Source: a virus
Taxonomy: Duplodnaviria > Caudoviricetes
Length of the DNA: 37,719 bases
Direction: 5' to 3' (one strand)
Virus record (IMG/VR): IMGVR_UViG_3300020043_003593
Span: 1-37,719 of that record
A program made the translations under genes and the position numbers. A model generated the notes under the pieces. It did no database searches. It was given only the letters and a program-made list of their open reading frames with translations, and had not been told where the DNA came from. Below, piece by piece: positions 15,104 to 25,086 of this stretch; positions within the stretch are counted from its first letter, which is position 1, and the number at the start of each line of letters is the position of its first letter.

Positions 15104-16509
15104 GCTGCTTCCTCAACTAAAAATGTTGTATTTTCATCAATTATATCGACTGTTCGGCTTTCTTGATAGACATTCTCAATCCTTGAATCTGGCAATATTT
15201 CAAAGAATCTTTGGTCTAACGTGACAATATACAGCCTTCCATCAGCAGTAACAAATGCTGTCCTGATATCTGGTGCTTCTTCAATCTGATAAGCTAAGAT
15301 TGATCCTAAAGAGCTTGTAGCAAGTAATCCAGATAATTCCTTAGTATCTACTACACGAAGCCCAATCGCTCCTAAATCGCCTGTTAATTCAATTCCTGTG
15401 ATGCTTTGTGTGGTGATAACTGATGCGCTAATTGATGCAACGCTAGACTGCAACTCAACACCTGATACAGTACCAGCCCTGTTTTCCTCACCATTGGCTG
15501 AAACAGTGCCATATTGGATATTTAGAGCATTACAGCTAATGGCTATACGGCTATTGGATATGAAGGCTAATGTGCCAGTTCTACCAGATAATTGCAGTCC
15601 AGATAGCGTAGCAGTGCCATTGATATCACCTTCTGCTGTGACTGTAGCAATGCTGGATGTTAGTCCTAGCCCACTAATAGACTTGCTATCTGTAACTCTA
15701 GGTATTACAGGCTCGTATGCACTAGAAAGCTCGATTCCAGATAATGTCTTGGTAGGATTGCGTATGCCTGAAGCGGATATAGATCCCAGTGAGCTTGCCA
15801 TAGATAGGCTAGTCAGATTGATGCTATCGCCAACTGTGGCTGGTAGATCAGATATGTAGCTGGCTAATTCCTGTCCATCTAGGCTCTTAGTGGCGTTCTT
15901 TTGACCTATGGCAACGACTGGCTCAATAGAAGTCTGAGCCTGTATTCCTGTCAGGCTTATTGTATCTTCTACGGATACTGATAAAGATCCATATTCGCTA
16001 TTGGCTGATATACCAGAAATGCTATATGTACACTGTACAGATAAGGATATAGATCCGTATGCGCTTGTTAGTTCAATGCCATCTAAGGCAATTGTGTCAA
16101 TCGTGTAGGCTGATATTGATCCATAGCTTGATGTAGCTTCTACGCTATCTACTGAAGCCGAATCATCAACAACTGGCGTTAATGTTCCATAAGATGCAGT
16201 GGCTTCAATGCCTGATATAACAATGGTATCTACTACATTTGTAGTAATTGATCCGTATGCACTTGTAAGCTCTACGCTAGTTACTGAAGCGTTATCTGAT
16301 ATGGAAAATGCTATAGATCCATATTCAGAACTTGCTTGTACGCCAGAAATAGAAATGGTGGCTGAATTAACGCCACCATCATCAAAGTTATTTAATGCTG
16401 AATCAAATAACCCAAAACCATCGTCAAACAGGATACCCTGCTCGAACTCATCGAAAGTGCCTTGCTGGTAATCAAAATCACCTAAGACACTATCGAAATC
16501 AGTCATCAC
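15100..16509 (-). CDS. Ser/Thr-rich repetitive fibre-like protein
   Basis: Many ~24-28 aa repeats of the form SISG(I/V)E(A/L)TSxYGSI; acidic FD repeats at the N-terminus. Confidence 0.75.
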   Translation of the reverse strand: MMTDFDSVLGDFDYQQGTFDEFEQGILFDDGFGLFDSALNNFDDGGVNSATISISGVQASSEYGSIAFSISDNASVTSVELTSAYGSITTNVVDTIVISGIEATASYGTLTPVVDDSASVDSVEATSSYGSISAYTIDTIALDGIELTSAYGSISLSVQCTYSISGISANSEYGSLSVSVEDTISLTGIQAQTSIEPVVAIGQKNATKSLDGQELASYISDLPATVGDSINLTSLSMASSLGSISASGIRNPTKTLSGIELSSAYEPVIPRVTDSKSISGLGLTSSIATVTAEGDINGTATLSGLQLSGRTGTLAFISNSRIAISCNALNIQYGTVSANGEENRAGTVSGVELQSSVASISASVITTQSITGIELTGDLGAIGLRVVDTKELSGLLATSSLGSILAYQIEEAPDIRTAFVTADGRLYIVTLDQRFFEILPDSRIENVYQESRTVDIIDENTTFLVEEAA

Positions 16510-16919
16510 GCAATTCTAATAAGCGCAGATGCTCCTGCTGATGGAAGATCAATGGTCAATGTACCTGACACAGAAACCACATTCTCACCAAAATCAAATG
16601 CAGCAACAGCTTTATTTGACTTAGAGGAATTGTAAATCAAGCATCCTCTAGCAGTAATTGTTGAATTAGACCATGATGGATCGCTAAATGTAATATATCC
16701 AGTGTTGCTAGATAATCCACTAGAGAATCCGCTTAAAGTAGCACCACCAGCAGTATATCCAGTACCAGATACTTCATTGGTAGATGAATAAGCAGTTGTG
16801 GCTGCGCTTAATGTAGCTGAATCAGTATATAAAGCAATCTTATATGTATCTGTAGATGTATGTACACCCTCTAAGACTTCTTGTTTATAACTGTTGCAAA
16901 TTGCAGTTGTGATCGTCAT
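16506..16919 (-). CDS. conserved virion structural protein
   Basis: ITTAICNSYKQEVL...YKIALYT...NEVSGTGYTAGG...TARGCLIYN family. Confidence 0.75.
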   Translation of the reverse strand: MTITTAICNSYKQEVLEGVHTSTDTYKIALYTDSATLSAATTAYSSTNEVSGTGYTAGGATLSGFSSGLSSNTGYITFSDPSWSNSTITARGCLIYNSSKSNKAVAAFDFGENVVSVSGTLTIDLPSAGASALIRIA

Positions 16920-16932
16920 TTTCTATTCCTCT

Positions 16933-17109
16933 TTATTTAGGTAATGACCAGCCATGTGTGACTAGCCAAGCATATCCAATACCAGCGATGACTACATATC
17001 CAATAGTCTTGATTGAGAACCAGCCAAATTGCGTTGCTTTCTCATTTAGCCATTCTTTAATGGCTTCCTTGACTACTTCCTTTTGTATTTCTTTCGCTGG
17101 ATCTGTCAT
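16933..17109 (-). CDS. 58-aa single-TM protein (holin-like candidate)
   Basis: MTDPAKEIQKEVVKEAIKEWLNEKATQFGWFSIKTIGYVVIAGIGYAWLVTHGWSLPK; not in the track. Confidence 0.7.
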   Translation of the reverse strand: MTDPAKEIQKEVVKEAIKEWLNEKATQFGWFSIKTIGYVVIAGIGYAWLVTHGWSLPK

Positions 17110-17110
17110 T

Positions 17111-17290
17111 TTATGCTTTCTTTCTTACTGTCTTTTTAGCCACTACCTTTTTGGCTACTCTCTTTTTAATAGGCTTTTCATCTTCTGGCGCAACATAATC
17201 TTGTTGAGTAGCAGGAAATGGATATATTGAATCAACTGTAATTTTAGGCATATAACCCAATTTGTCAAACAGCCAGCTAACGAGAATCAT
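17111..17290 (-). CDS. 59-aa protein with Lys-rich tail
   Basis: Ends KKRVAKKVVAKKTVRKKA; AAGGA RBS; not in the track. Confidence 0.7.
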   Translation of the reverse strand: MILVSWLFDKLGYMPKITVDSIYPFPATQQDYVAPEDEKPIKKRVAKKVVAKKTVRKKA

Positions 17291-17292
17291 TT

Positions 17293-17838
17293 TTATTCCT
17301 TTGATGGGAAAGCAAGGTTTAATGCAGCCAATTCTTCAACAGAAGTAACTGCAGTAATGGCAGCTTCTAACTCATCAGCTTTGGCAACGACCTCTGCACG
17401 ATAGGCAACTACGGATGCTGGAATATCTACATCACGCTCAACTTTACGAGTTACCATCCAATCTGTCTGAGAAAGAATAGAACCAGCAGTTTGTTTAACT
17501 TGTGAGATAAAGTTAGATTTTAAGCCTTTAGTTACTAATCGCTTAGTGCTATCGACCATAACAGGCTTACCATCAGCATCAGTAGATAATACTTTGACAT
17601 AGAGTGGATTACCATTCTCATCTGATTCTTCTTTATCTTCTAATGCTTTAGGATTCTCAACATTGCCATCCCAGTAAAATCTGTCATCTGCTCGAACAGC
17701 ATCAGCTACTTCAGTAATTCCAACTCTAGCTTTATCTGCATCAGTAGCAAAGCGAATCCAGTTAGAAGGATATTGATTACCTTCTGCATCTATGAATGGT
17801 GTATCAATTTGTAATGGGTTTCCATTGATTAAAAACAT
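17293..17838 (-). CDS. tail fibre assembly/chaperone-like protein
   Basis: QYPSNW...LSQTDWMVTRKVE...IP...YR; directly downstream of the fibre gene. Confidence 0.7.
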   Translation of the reverse strand: MFLINGNPLQIDTPFIDAEGNQYPSNWIRFATDADKARVGITEVADAVRADDRFYWDGNVENPKALEDKEESDENGNPLYVKVLSTDADGKPVMVDSTKRLVTKGLKSNFISQVKQTAGSILSQTDWMVTRKVERDVDIPASVVAYRAEVVAKADELEAAITAVTSVEELAALNLAFPSKE

Positions 17839-17840
17839 AA

Positions 17841-20225
17841 TTACCTCGCTAAAGAATATTTAAATGGGTTTTCGGCAAATGCCATGTAGATGTAATTAAT
17901 CGAGCTTGAATTAACTGTTGAACTTGTGCTTCTAATTTTTATTCCGTTTGACAATATATCAATCTTATTATCACTTCCTTCTGCGCTTGATGAGTTTGCA
18001 TACAGTTCAACAGGAACAATGTTATAAGTCGCTCTTGTTGTATCAAACATAAACCAAGATGTGGTATCTCCAGCATCAACCCTTTTAATCATCACAAATT
18101 TAGGTCTAAATCCTAAATGAACAAAAGTTCCATCACTAGAGCCATTGCCTGTATACGAGCCAAACTTGGAATAGCCAGCTACTTCTGCAAAACAGTAGGC
18201 TATAAATGGAGAGCCACTATTAGTTTCATAAGAACCCATAGTAAATACAGAAGATGTAGGAGAGGTATTGTTCCACCAACCGCTATTTGTTGAAGCAGCA
18301 TCAGTTGTATTTAAGTTCATTCCTTTGGTATTGCCTAGGCTTTCATGGTAAACAAACCAATTAGATACTCCATCTCTGCGTTTACCAATAATCATTTTAG
18401 GAGCAACACCTAATCCATGCCCTATTGTTGCAACACTTCCATTTCCAGTCCAACCAACCACACTAAATCCAGCAGTAGGATTAGCACTTACTGTAGATGT
18501 AATAGAGCCAGCAGTATTGGATGATGTTCCATTACCGCCTTTCCAATTCCATGCTACTACTGGATCATTATTTGTATTTAATGCACTTAAAGCAGAACCA
18601 AAACTAAATCCATCAGAATCAAATGAATTTAATTTATAAGTATCATCAACTGCATCTGTAGCATTTGTATATAAAACACCACCACCAGTTCCAGTTCCTC
18701 TTACTGCATCATAAGTCTGATGGTAATAAGCAATTCCTCTACTCTTAGCCCATACAAAATCAGGCTGAAATCCAACCCCAGTAATAGAGCGAGGATAACT
18801 AGCATTGCCTGTCCAAGTGATTGCATTAAAATGTTTATTACCAGCCTTAATACTTGGCTCAGGTAAGTTAAAAGTATTGAGTGCTACAAAGCCTGTGGGG
18901 GGAGTGTATTTAAATCCTTGCTGACCACAATTTAAAGCAACGCTTGTTCCTGTGTAATATGGATCTACCATCAATGTATGGGGAACAGTTAAATCTATGT
19001 AGCCTGTTAATGTTGTTAAAAGTGTATTGTTTTGATAAATTTGTATTACATTATTTGTCATATCTAATGCAATACCAAGCACATCATTAAGTGCAAATGT
19101 TCCTGTATTTGTTCCAGCAAGTTGAGTGCCGTAATAAATCCATCCATTAGCAGTATTAAAGCGCACAAATTCAACACTTGAGTTCCAAGCATTGCTACCT
19201 TGAGTCTGCCTGCTAATTCCAATGGTTAAGTCTGCACTAGCATGAAATGCAGTAACAGTTAATTCCCAATACCATTTTCCAGTTTGAACTGCCATAGTTC
19301 CAATATTGCCTCTATCAGCAGATCCCGTCATTGAAACTTTTAAATTTCCATCTGACCAAGCAACAGAACCAACATTAGCTATTATCGGATTAAAAGTGCA
19401 ATAATTACTACCCAGCGCACTCATAGTAGGCACATCTACCATGCTGTCATAAGTAGTGCCAGCAGTTAAGCTAATGTTATTTACTGTCCAATCATTTGAC
19501 CCAGCAGCATCATATCCAAGAGCAGCAGTAGATGAATTGTCTTTGAAGTCTAAATAGAAGCCATTAGTGCCATAAGTTCCACCATACTTCTTAGCTTTCC
19601 ATACTCCAGTTGTAGGATCTGTTTCACCGAATGAAGATGGGGTTAGTGCTTGACCATCAATGAAGTTTACTTCGGTTATGTAGCCATCAAATCTTCGATT
19701 TGTAAAATTAGCTTTTCCAATATCATGTTCAGCAGTATCGTTTACTCTTGAGCTAGAATATCCGCTAGATGGATTTGTAGATTTTTCCCAACTTGTTACT
19801 CTAGTTCCATTTACATAAATTCTAGCTCTATCTTCTGCTGTTGCATTATCTGTATCAAGAACAACAACAAGATGATACCAAGCAGAAACATCTCTAAATA
19901 CTTGTGATGTTGTTTTTTGCCAAACAAAACCACCGCCACTATAATGATAAAAAGATAGAGAATCATTTGCTCCTACAGCAACATCATTACTTGAAAATGT
20001 AATAACAGTTTCATTTCCAGAAGCACCTGCCATAAATAAATAATTAAGTTCTCCTGAATTTAATGCTCCTCTTTTTACCCATCCACTCCAAGTCCAAGTT
20101 TTACGATTTCCAGCACTAGCTGGAGTTCTATTTAGATAAGCAGAAGCACTACTTCTAAATCTAAGGCTTCTACTAATGTTGTAGCCTTCATCACCTTGCA
20201 ATAGATTATTAGCAATAATTGACAT
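17841..20225 (-). CDS. tail fibre/receptor-binding protein with LamG/ConA-like and SPRY-like domains
   Basis: TWTWSGWVKR, WYHLVV, GKWYWE, GVGFQPDFVWAK, GFRPKFVMIK. Confidence 0.8.
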   Translation of the reverse strand: MSIIANNLLQGDEGYNISRSLRFRSSASAYLNRTPASAGNRKTWTWSGWVKRGALNSGELNYLFMAGASGNETVITFSSNDVAVGANDSLSFYHYSGGGFVWQKTTSQVFRDVSAWYHLVVVLDTDNATAEDRARIYVNGTRVTSWEKSTNPSSGYSSSRVNDTAEHDIGKANFTNRRFDGYITEVNFIDGQALTPSSFGETDPTTGVWKAKKYGGTYGTNGFYLDFKDNSSTAALGYDAAGSNDWTVNNISLTAGTTYDSMVDVPTMSALGSNYCTFNPIIANVGSVAWSDGNLKVSMTGSADRGNIGTMAVQTGKWYWELTVTAFHASADLTIGISRQTQGSNAWNSSVEFVRFNTANGWIYYGTQLAGTNTGTFALNDVLGIALDMTNNVIQIYQNNTLLTTLTGYIDLTVPHTLMVDPYYTGTSVALNCGQQGFKYTPPTGFVALNTFNLPEPSIKAGNKHFNAITWTGNASYPRSITGVGFQPDFVWAKSRGIAYYHQTYDAVRGTGTGGGVLYTNATDAVDDTYKLNSFDSDGFSFGSALSALNTNNDPVVAWNWKGGNGTSSNTAGSITSTVSANPTAGFSVVGWTGNGSVATIGHGLGVAPKMIIGKRRDGVSNWFVYHESLGNTKGMNLNTTDAASTNSGWWNNTSPTSSVFTMGSYETNSGSPFIAYCFAEVAGYSKFGSYTGNGSSDGTFVHLGFRPKFVMIKRVDAGDTTSWFMFDTTRATYNIVPVELYANSSSAEGSDNKIDILSNGIKIRSTSSTVNSSSINYIYMAFAENPFKYSLAR

Positions 20226-20234
20226 TAGTTAGCC

Positions 20235-20876
20235 TTATTTAACATCAGTAACAAGTTTAGCTGTAATGCGAGTAGAAGATTCTACATAGTAAGCTAGGAC
20301 ATCTACTGCGCTAACTGTAGCAGTAAGGCTTGGAACTGTTCCACCGCTAAACTTCCAATAAGATCCATAAGCCAAAGTTCTAGCAGTTGCGCCTTGGGTA
20401 ATCACAATAACTCCTGATTGCCCTGCTACTAAATTGCTAGGATTAGCTAAAGTAGTATTTTCGCTAGTTGTATGAGTAAAGTTATTTGCCAAAGAGAAAT
20501 CAGAAGCAATAGAAGATCCTGAGCTAGTCAAAGCTACAGCAGTTCCTCTTTGTGCTTTGCTATAGGCTTGAACTGCATTTAAGAAAGCTGCATTAGCGCT
20601 ATATGCCTGAACATCTGTGCCAATTACTAAACCAGCAAAGCTAGTTACAGCATCAGTTGTTTCATTAAAAGTAACAATATTAATCCAAGCATCATTATCA
20701 GCATTGCGTTTCTTTAAAATGCTGTTGGTAGTGTCATACCACAATTGATTAGCAAATGTTGTACTAGGAGCAGAAGTTCCTGAATTGTTGCTTACCAATG
20801 CTGCTAAACTTGAATTAAGGTCTGCCCTGAAAGCAGGGAAACCTTGATTCGCTATATTCATGTCATGCTGGCTCAT
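20235..20876 (-). CDS. tail fibre proximal/adaptor protein
   Basis: MSQHD..IANQ....RADLN N-terminus; TLANPSN..AGQSG C-terminal domain. Confidence 0.7.
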   Translation of the reverse strand: MSQHDMNIANQGFPAFRADLNSSLAALVSNNSGTSAPSTTFANQLWYDTTNSILKKRNADNDAWINIVTFNETTDAVTSFAGLVIGTDVQAYSANAAFLNAVQAYSKAQRGTAVALTSSGSSIASDFSLANNFTHTTSENTTLANPSNLVAGQSGVIVITQGATARTLAYGSYWKFSGGTVPSLTATVSAVDVLAYYVESSTRITAKLVTDVK

Positions 20877-20884
20877 ACATTCTC

Positions 20885-23800
20885 CTAAGTTACAAGCTCT
20901 CCGTAGCCTTTTGCTACATAGTCAAAAGTCCTATTTACCACAGTTCCGCTTGAGTTCTTGAACCTAATTGTAAATCCTGAAGCTGATTTTGTGGGAATTT
21001 CGTAATAATCACCTTGGGTTAAATTCTGTGCCATGATACCAATACTAGGCGATACTTTAAAGGATGGCGTAAATGTTACAGAATAACCGCCAGATCCAGT
21101 ACCGCTAACTATATCATTACCACCAATAACCCTATCAGGCATATCTACGTTAATTCTTAATACTTTTAATATTGGGCTGGCAGTTTCATCACTAGATGTC
21201 AGAATTGCCCTGAATTTAAACCCTCTAGCCTTATAGTCACCTACAAAGAATCTACGATAATCAGTCCATGTAGGAGTACCATTTGGATCATCCTCAGTTG
21301 TGGCTACCCATAGTTCTACGTTGGTGTCATCAAAGCTATCTGGATCTCCGTCAAATTCACCAATACTTTCGTCAAAAGTGCCTTCTTTGGCATCAAATGT
21401 ATTTACATAGTCAATACGCCCTACTTCAACATAGGCTGTAATACGGCTTGTATATACATTTCCAATGTCCAATACATCAGCAAAATCGTATGTTCCATAG
21501 GTAGATGTAGTCCCACCACCGCCATCGAACAATCCTGCAAGATCATCAAAATTGCCTGAAACACTGTCAAAATCCACAGCAGTATCAAGAATCAGCCCAT
21601 CATCGCCAACTGAACACTCATACTTAGTTCCAGCAAATGCAGGAGATTCTGTGATGGTTTCTACTACATTCAGTCCAGTAATATCCTGAATAATGGCTGT
21701 AGATGATGCAGCGTTAATAGATGCATTATCTAGCTTGTCATAAGCCTTAATAAAGTATGTGCCTGTCATTGCTGGCACAACAATGGATACTGCTGGTCGT
21801 GATACTTTAAACACTAAATCAACAGAATCAGAATAATTTGCGCCAGTAGTTAATCTGGAATGACGAATACGATAATGTGATAAGTCTAAATCGCCTACTG
21901 GACTCCAGCTTAAATGAGCCTGAGTTCCAACAATATTAATAGAGAAATCTTCTACATCTGCTGGTGGAGCAGTTTTACCATAAACAGTTATTGTTGCTTC
22001 TGTTGGTGTGCTTCTCTTGTTTAGCGAATTAACTGCAAATACTTTAACGCTATATACGCCATCCAATGCATCACGAATATCAATAGATGTGGATGATGTG
22101 TTTGGTAATGTTACATAGTTCCTATCGCCAACTTTATATGACACAACATAAGCAGTTGCTCTATCTACAGGACTCCATGAGATAACCACTTGAGTTTTAA
22201 CATCAGCACCTTCTTCATACAAAGATTCAGATATTTGAATATTAGATGGTGGATTTGGAACTACAGATAATGAACTAATTGCTCTTGGCTGTAAAGTTAA
22301 TCCATCTTCAATTAATGCGTATTTATCAGGATTATGTGCCAATGCACTAACGCTTAATCCATCAGCTTCTTCAGCAACAGAAACAACTCTAAATGTTTGC
22401 AATGCTAATGAACTGGTCTGAACCATCCATATTGCGTTTTGCAATGGAGCAGAACTAAATGCTGGAGATACTGTAACTGTATTTGTAGCTGCATTAATAA
22501 TATCTCTTGTTTCTAAAGTGCCATTTGGCAGAATTGCAGATAATGTTCCTGTTGCAATGCCACTAATTGAACTTACGCTTTGATCTAATGTAAGTACACT
22601 TGTACTGGCAGATACAATTCTTCCGCCCATCCTAGCACCAGCACGATCATTGTCGGCTACTTGGATAACTTGAGATGGTCTAATTGCATGACCTTCTAAT
22701 CCAGTTTTAAAGTTTACGACTTCTGTTTCTGATTGCTCTGTGTAAAGAATCCAGCGACCTACACGATTTGCCTGTCCTCTTGAACTACATCCTACAGCTA
22801 CAACTTCAGTTTGGATAATGCCAAAACGAGCAATTCCATCAGCATCTTCTACATACTCAACCTTTTGACGATAGAAATCGTCAGGATCGTTCCATGTAAC
22901 AAGTGCTACTGTATGCCTAGCTTTTAATGCGCTTCCAACATAGTTGAATGTGCCATCTATGACATTTGAATTAGTAAATTGATATACAGGATCGCTAGGA
23001 GCATCGTATCCCATAGTTATTGATCCGCTAGACCAATATGGCATACCCTTAAATATTGAAGCCATACTGTTAATTACTGTATAGGCTTCCTGTCTATTTT
23101 GTAAATAGAGATTGCAAGTATATCTTGGCTCAGTTCCACCAAATCCATCATCTACAAACTCATCACAATAACGACCAATGGCATATAAAGTCCATTTATC
23201 AACTTGTGATTCTGGGATAAAGTCACCCAATCCATAACGAGTATTTGTTAATAGATCATAAAAGCACCATGCAGGATTATCTGTCCAAGATACCTTGAAT
23301 GTGCCATCCCAAATGCCTGTATAAGTTCTTGCTGCAACGTTATAGTTAGAAGGTACTTTGACCTTTAACATCTTTAAGTCATAAGAACGCTTTGGAATGT
23401 TATCAAACTGTGAAGCATCAATGCGAACGCCAACAATTGCTGAGTTTGGATAACGGAATTTACCATCTACGATTTCTGTAAATGATTCCCAATAAGTCTT
23501 GTTTTGTAGTGCGCTAGTAGTGGAATCAGCAGTAATCCTTCTTACACGAATATCCCAAGGGGCATCGCCAGTCAATTCAATGCGATGCGAACGCTCATAT
23601 TTAGAAGTTGTTTTGCCTGAAACAGTAGAATAAGTAACTCCAAAGTTACCACTGGCATAACTAATTGTTGGGCTTCCAGAAGTAATAACTAATCGCATTT
23701 CCCATAAGCCACTTTCCTGCGTTGGCATAGTAAATGTTTTGTTAGTTACTGTTTCAGAACTATTTACATATCCACCATCGCCATCGTAATAGCTTGTATC

Positions 23801-24499
23801 TGTTGTGCTTGTATCTGTTCTTTCGACAATCCCATCAGAAAGCCAAGTGCTATCAGATTGAAGTTTGTATTGCGCTGTAAATACTGCTGTATTGCTAGTA
23901 TCTTTTCCAACAATCTGCATTGTGTATATTGGCTGATTTGCTTGTGCAGAAGTGCTAGATACTATATTGATAGCACCAGAAGCCCATTCAGATCCAATGA
24001 TCTGCGGAATATAGCCACCACCATCTGATTGAATATCAATAGCATATTGGACTGTAGATCCACTAATATCACCATTGCTTGTGTTTTGTGATGTTAATTG
24101 TGGAATTGAAATCCGCACTCTAACTGCATCAACTTCAGCATTAGATATCTGTCTAGTAATTGGAGTTGCATATTCAACCTGAGTTCCAACTGCATTTTCA
24201 CTTTCTACAGATGGAAAGCCTTGAATATAAGATTGTGATTGTGTTCCGCTAGTGGAAACAACATTAGCACCAGTAAAATTGAAACTTCCGTTTTCGTTCT
24301 GTAATGGTGTTTCATCAAAGAATACAGACTTTAATCCATCAGCAAGACCTTCAATCTCGCCTTCACAAACCAAGTCCAACACTTGAGCATAAGCAATTGA
24401 GCGTAGTGAATCAGGGGATTCTTGAGCAACCCTACCACCGCCACCGCCACCACCTTTACCGCCACCGCCACCAAATCCACGAATATTCTTTTTGCTCAT
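20885..24499 (-). CDS. J: central tail fibre / tip attachment protein (lambda J-like)
   Basis: DLVCEGEIEGL, WTDNPAWCFYDL, YCDE, FN3-like repeats. Confidence 0.92.
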   Translation of the reverse strand: MSKKNIRGFGGGGGKGGGGGGGRVAQESPDSLRSIAYAQVLDLVCEGEIEGLADGLKSVFFDETPLQNENGSFNFTGANVVSTSGTQSQSYIQGFPSVESENAVGTQVEYATPITRQISNAEVDAVRVRISIPQLTSQNTSNGDISGSTVQYAIDIQSDGGGYIPQIIGSEWASGAINIVSSTSAQANQPIYTMQIVGKDTSNTAVFTAQYKLQSDSTWLSDGIVERTDTSTTDTSYYDGDGGYVNSSETVTNKTFTMPTQESGLWEMRLVITSGSPTISYASGNFGVTYSTVSGKTTSKYERSHRIELTGDAPWDIRVRRITADSTTSALQNKTYWESFTEIVDGKFRYPNSAIVGVRIDASQFDNIPKRSYDLKMLKVKVPSNYNVAARTYTGIWDGTFKVSWTDNPAWCFYDLLTNTRYGLGDFIPESQVDKWTLYAIGRYCDEFVDDGFGGTEPRYTCNLYLQNRQEAYTVINSMASIFKGMPYWSSGSITMGYDAPSDPVYQFTNSNVIDGTFNYVGSALKARHTVALVTWNDPDDFYRQKVEYVEDADGIARFGIIQTEVVAVGCSSRGQANRVGRWILYTEQSETEVVNFKTGLEGHAIRPSQVIQVADNDRAGARMGGRIVSASTSVLTLDQSVSSISGIATGTLSAILPNGTLETRDIINAATNTVTVSPAFSSAPLQNAIWMVQTSSLALQTFRVVSVAEEADGLSVSALAHNPDKYALIEDGLTLQPRAISSLSVVPNPPSNIQISESLYEEGADVKTQVVISWSPVDRATAYVVSYKVGDRNYVTLPNTSSTSIDIRDALDGVYSVKVFAVNSLNKRSTPTEATITVYGKTAPPADVEDFSINIVGTQAHLSWSPVGDLDLSHYRIRHSRLTTGANYSDSVDLVFKVSRPAVSIVVPAMTGTYFIKAYDKLDNASINAASSTAIIQDITGLNVVETITESPAFAGTKYECSVGDDGLILDTAVDFDSVSGNFDDLAGLFDGGGGTTSTYGTYDFADVLDIGNVYTSRITAYVEVGRIDYVNTFDAKEGTFDESIGEFDGDPDSFDDTNVELWVATTEDDPNGTPTWTDYRRFFVGDYKARGFKFRAILTSSDETASPILKVLRINVDMPDRVIGGNDIVSGTGSGGYSVTFTPSFKVSPSIGIMAQNLTQGDYYEIPTKSASGFTIRFKNSSGTVVNRTFDYVAKGYGELVT

Positions 24500-25086
24500 G
24501 GTAATTCCTCAACTGATATTCCTGCGCTAATAATTGCACTACCAACAATCATGCGACCATATCCAACTGGTACTGGATATCCTTGAGCCGATGTGTTTAC
24601 AGACCCATTGAATACATAAGATGGCTTATTATCAGGCTGATTGTATTGTTCTTGAGATGAAGATGATGGCATTGGGGTAAGCATTTGCACTGTACCGCCA
24701 ATAACCATAGAAGCACCCATAGCATAACCAGCTACCATCATAGAGCCACCAACAGTCCAGCCCATTGGATTCCACCACATTAAAGCGATGATTGCTGCGC
24801 CAATAATGATTTGAGTTGATCCATTACCACCAGCACCCATTAAAACAGGGATAAATTTGATAGTTTGTTTGCCAGATGGGTTATGTAGATCTTCTAGCTT
24901 TTGATCTTCTTTGCCAACAACAATGCGATAGCCAACGCCACGCTTCTCTGAGTCAATTAAATGCTTTTCTAGCTCTGGAAAATTAACGCATAAAGCTCTT
25001 GCAGCTTCAGCAGGATTACGGATATCTAGCTTAAACTCTTTGCCGAATTTTTTACCCAATTCCCCAAGTAATTTAACTGTTTTCAT
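24496..25086 (-). CDS. I: tail assembly protein (lambda I-like)
   Basis: LLGELGKKFG...EAARAL...QGYPVPVGYG. Confidence 0.88.
   Translation of the reverse strand: MKTVKLLGELGKKFGKEFKLDIRNPAEAARALCVNFPELEKHLIDSEKRGVGYRIVVGKEDQKLEDLHNPSGKQTIKFIPVLMGAGGNGSTQIIIGAAIIALMWWNPMGWTVGGSMMVAGYAMGASMVIGGTVQMLTPMPSSSSQEQYNQPDNKPSYVFNGSVNTSAQGYPVPVGYGRMIVGSAIISAGISVEELP

Noticed and set aside
17841-20225. Diversity-generating retroelement target in the fibre gene
   Set aside because: No reverse transcriptase and no template-repeat copy seen in the window
24434-24475. CCACCG tandem repeats
   Set aside because: They encode the ordinary Gly-rich N-terminus of J
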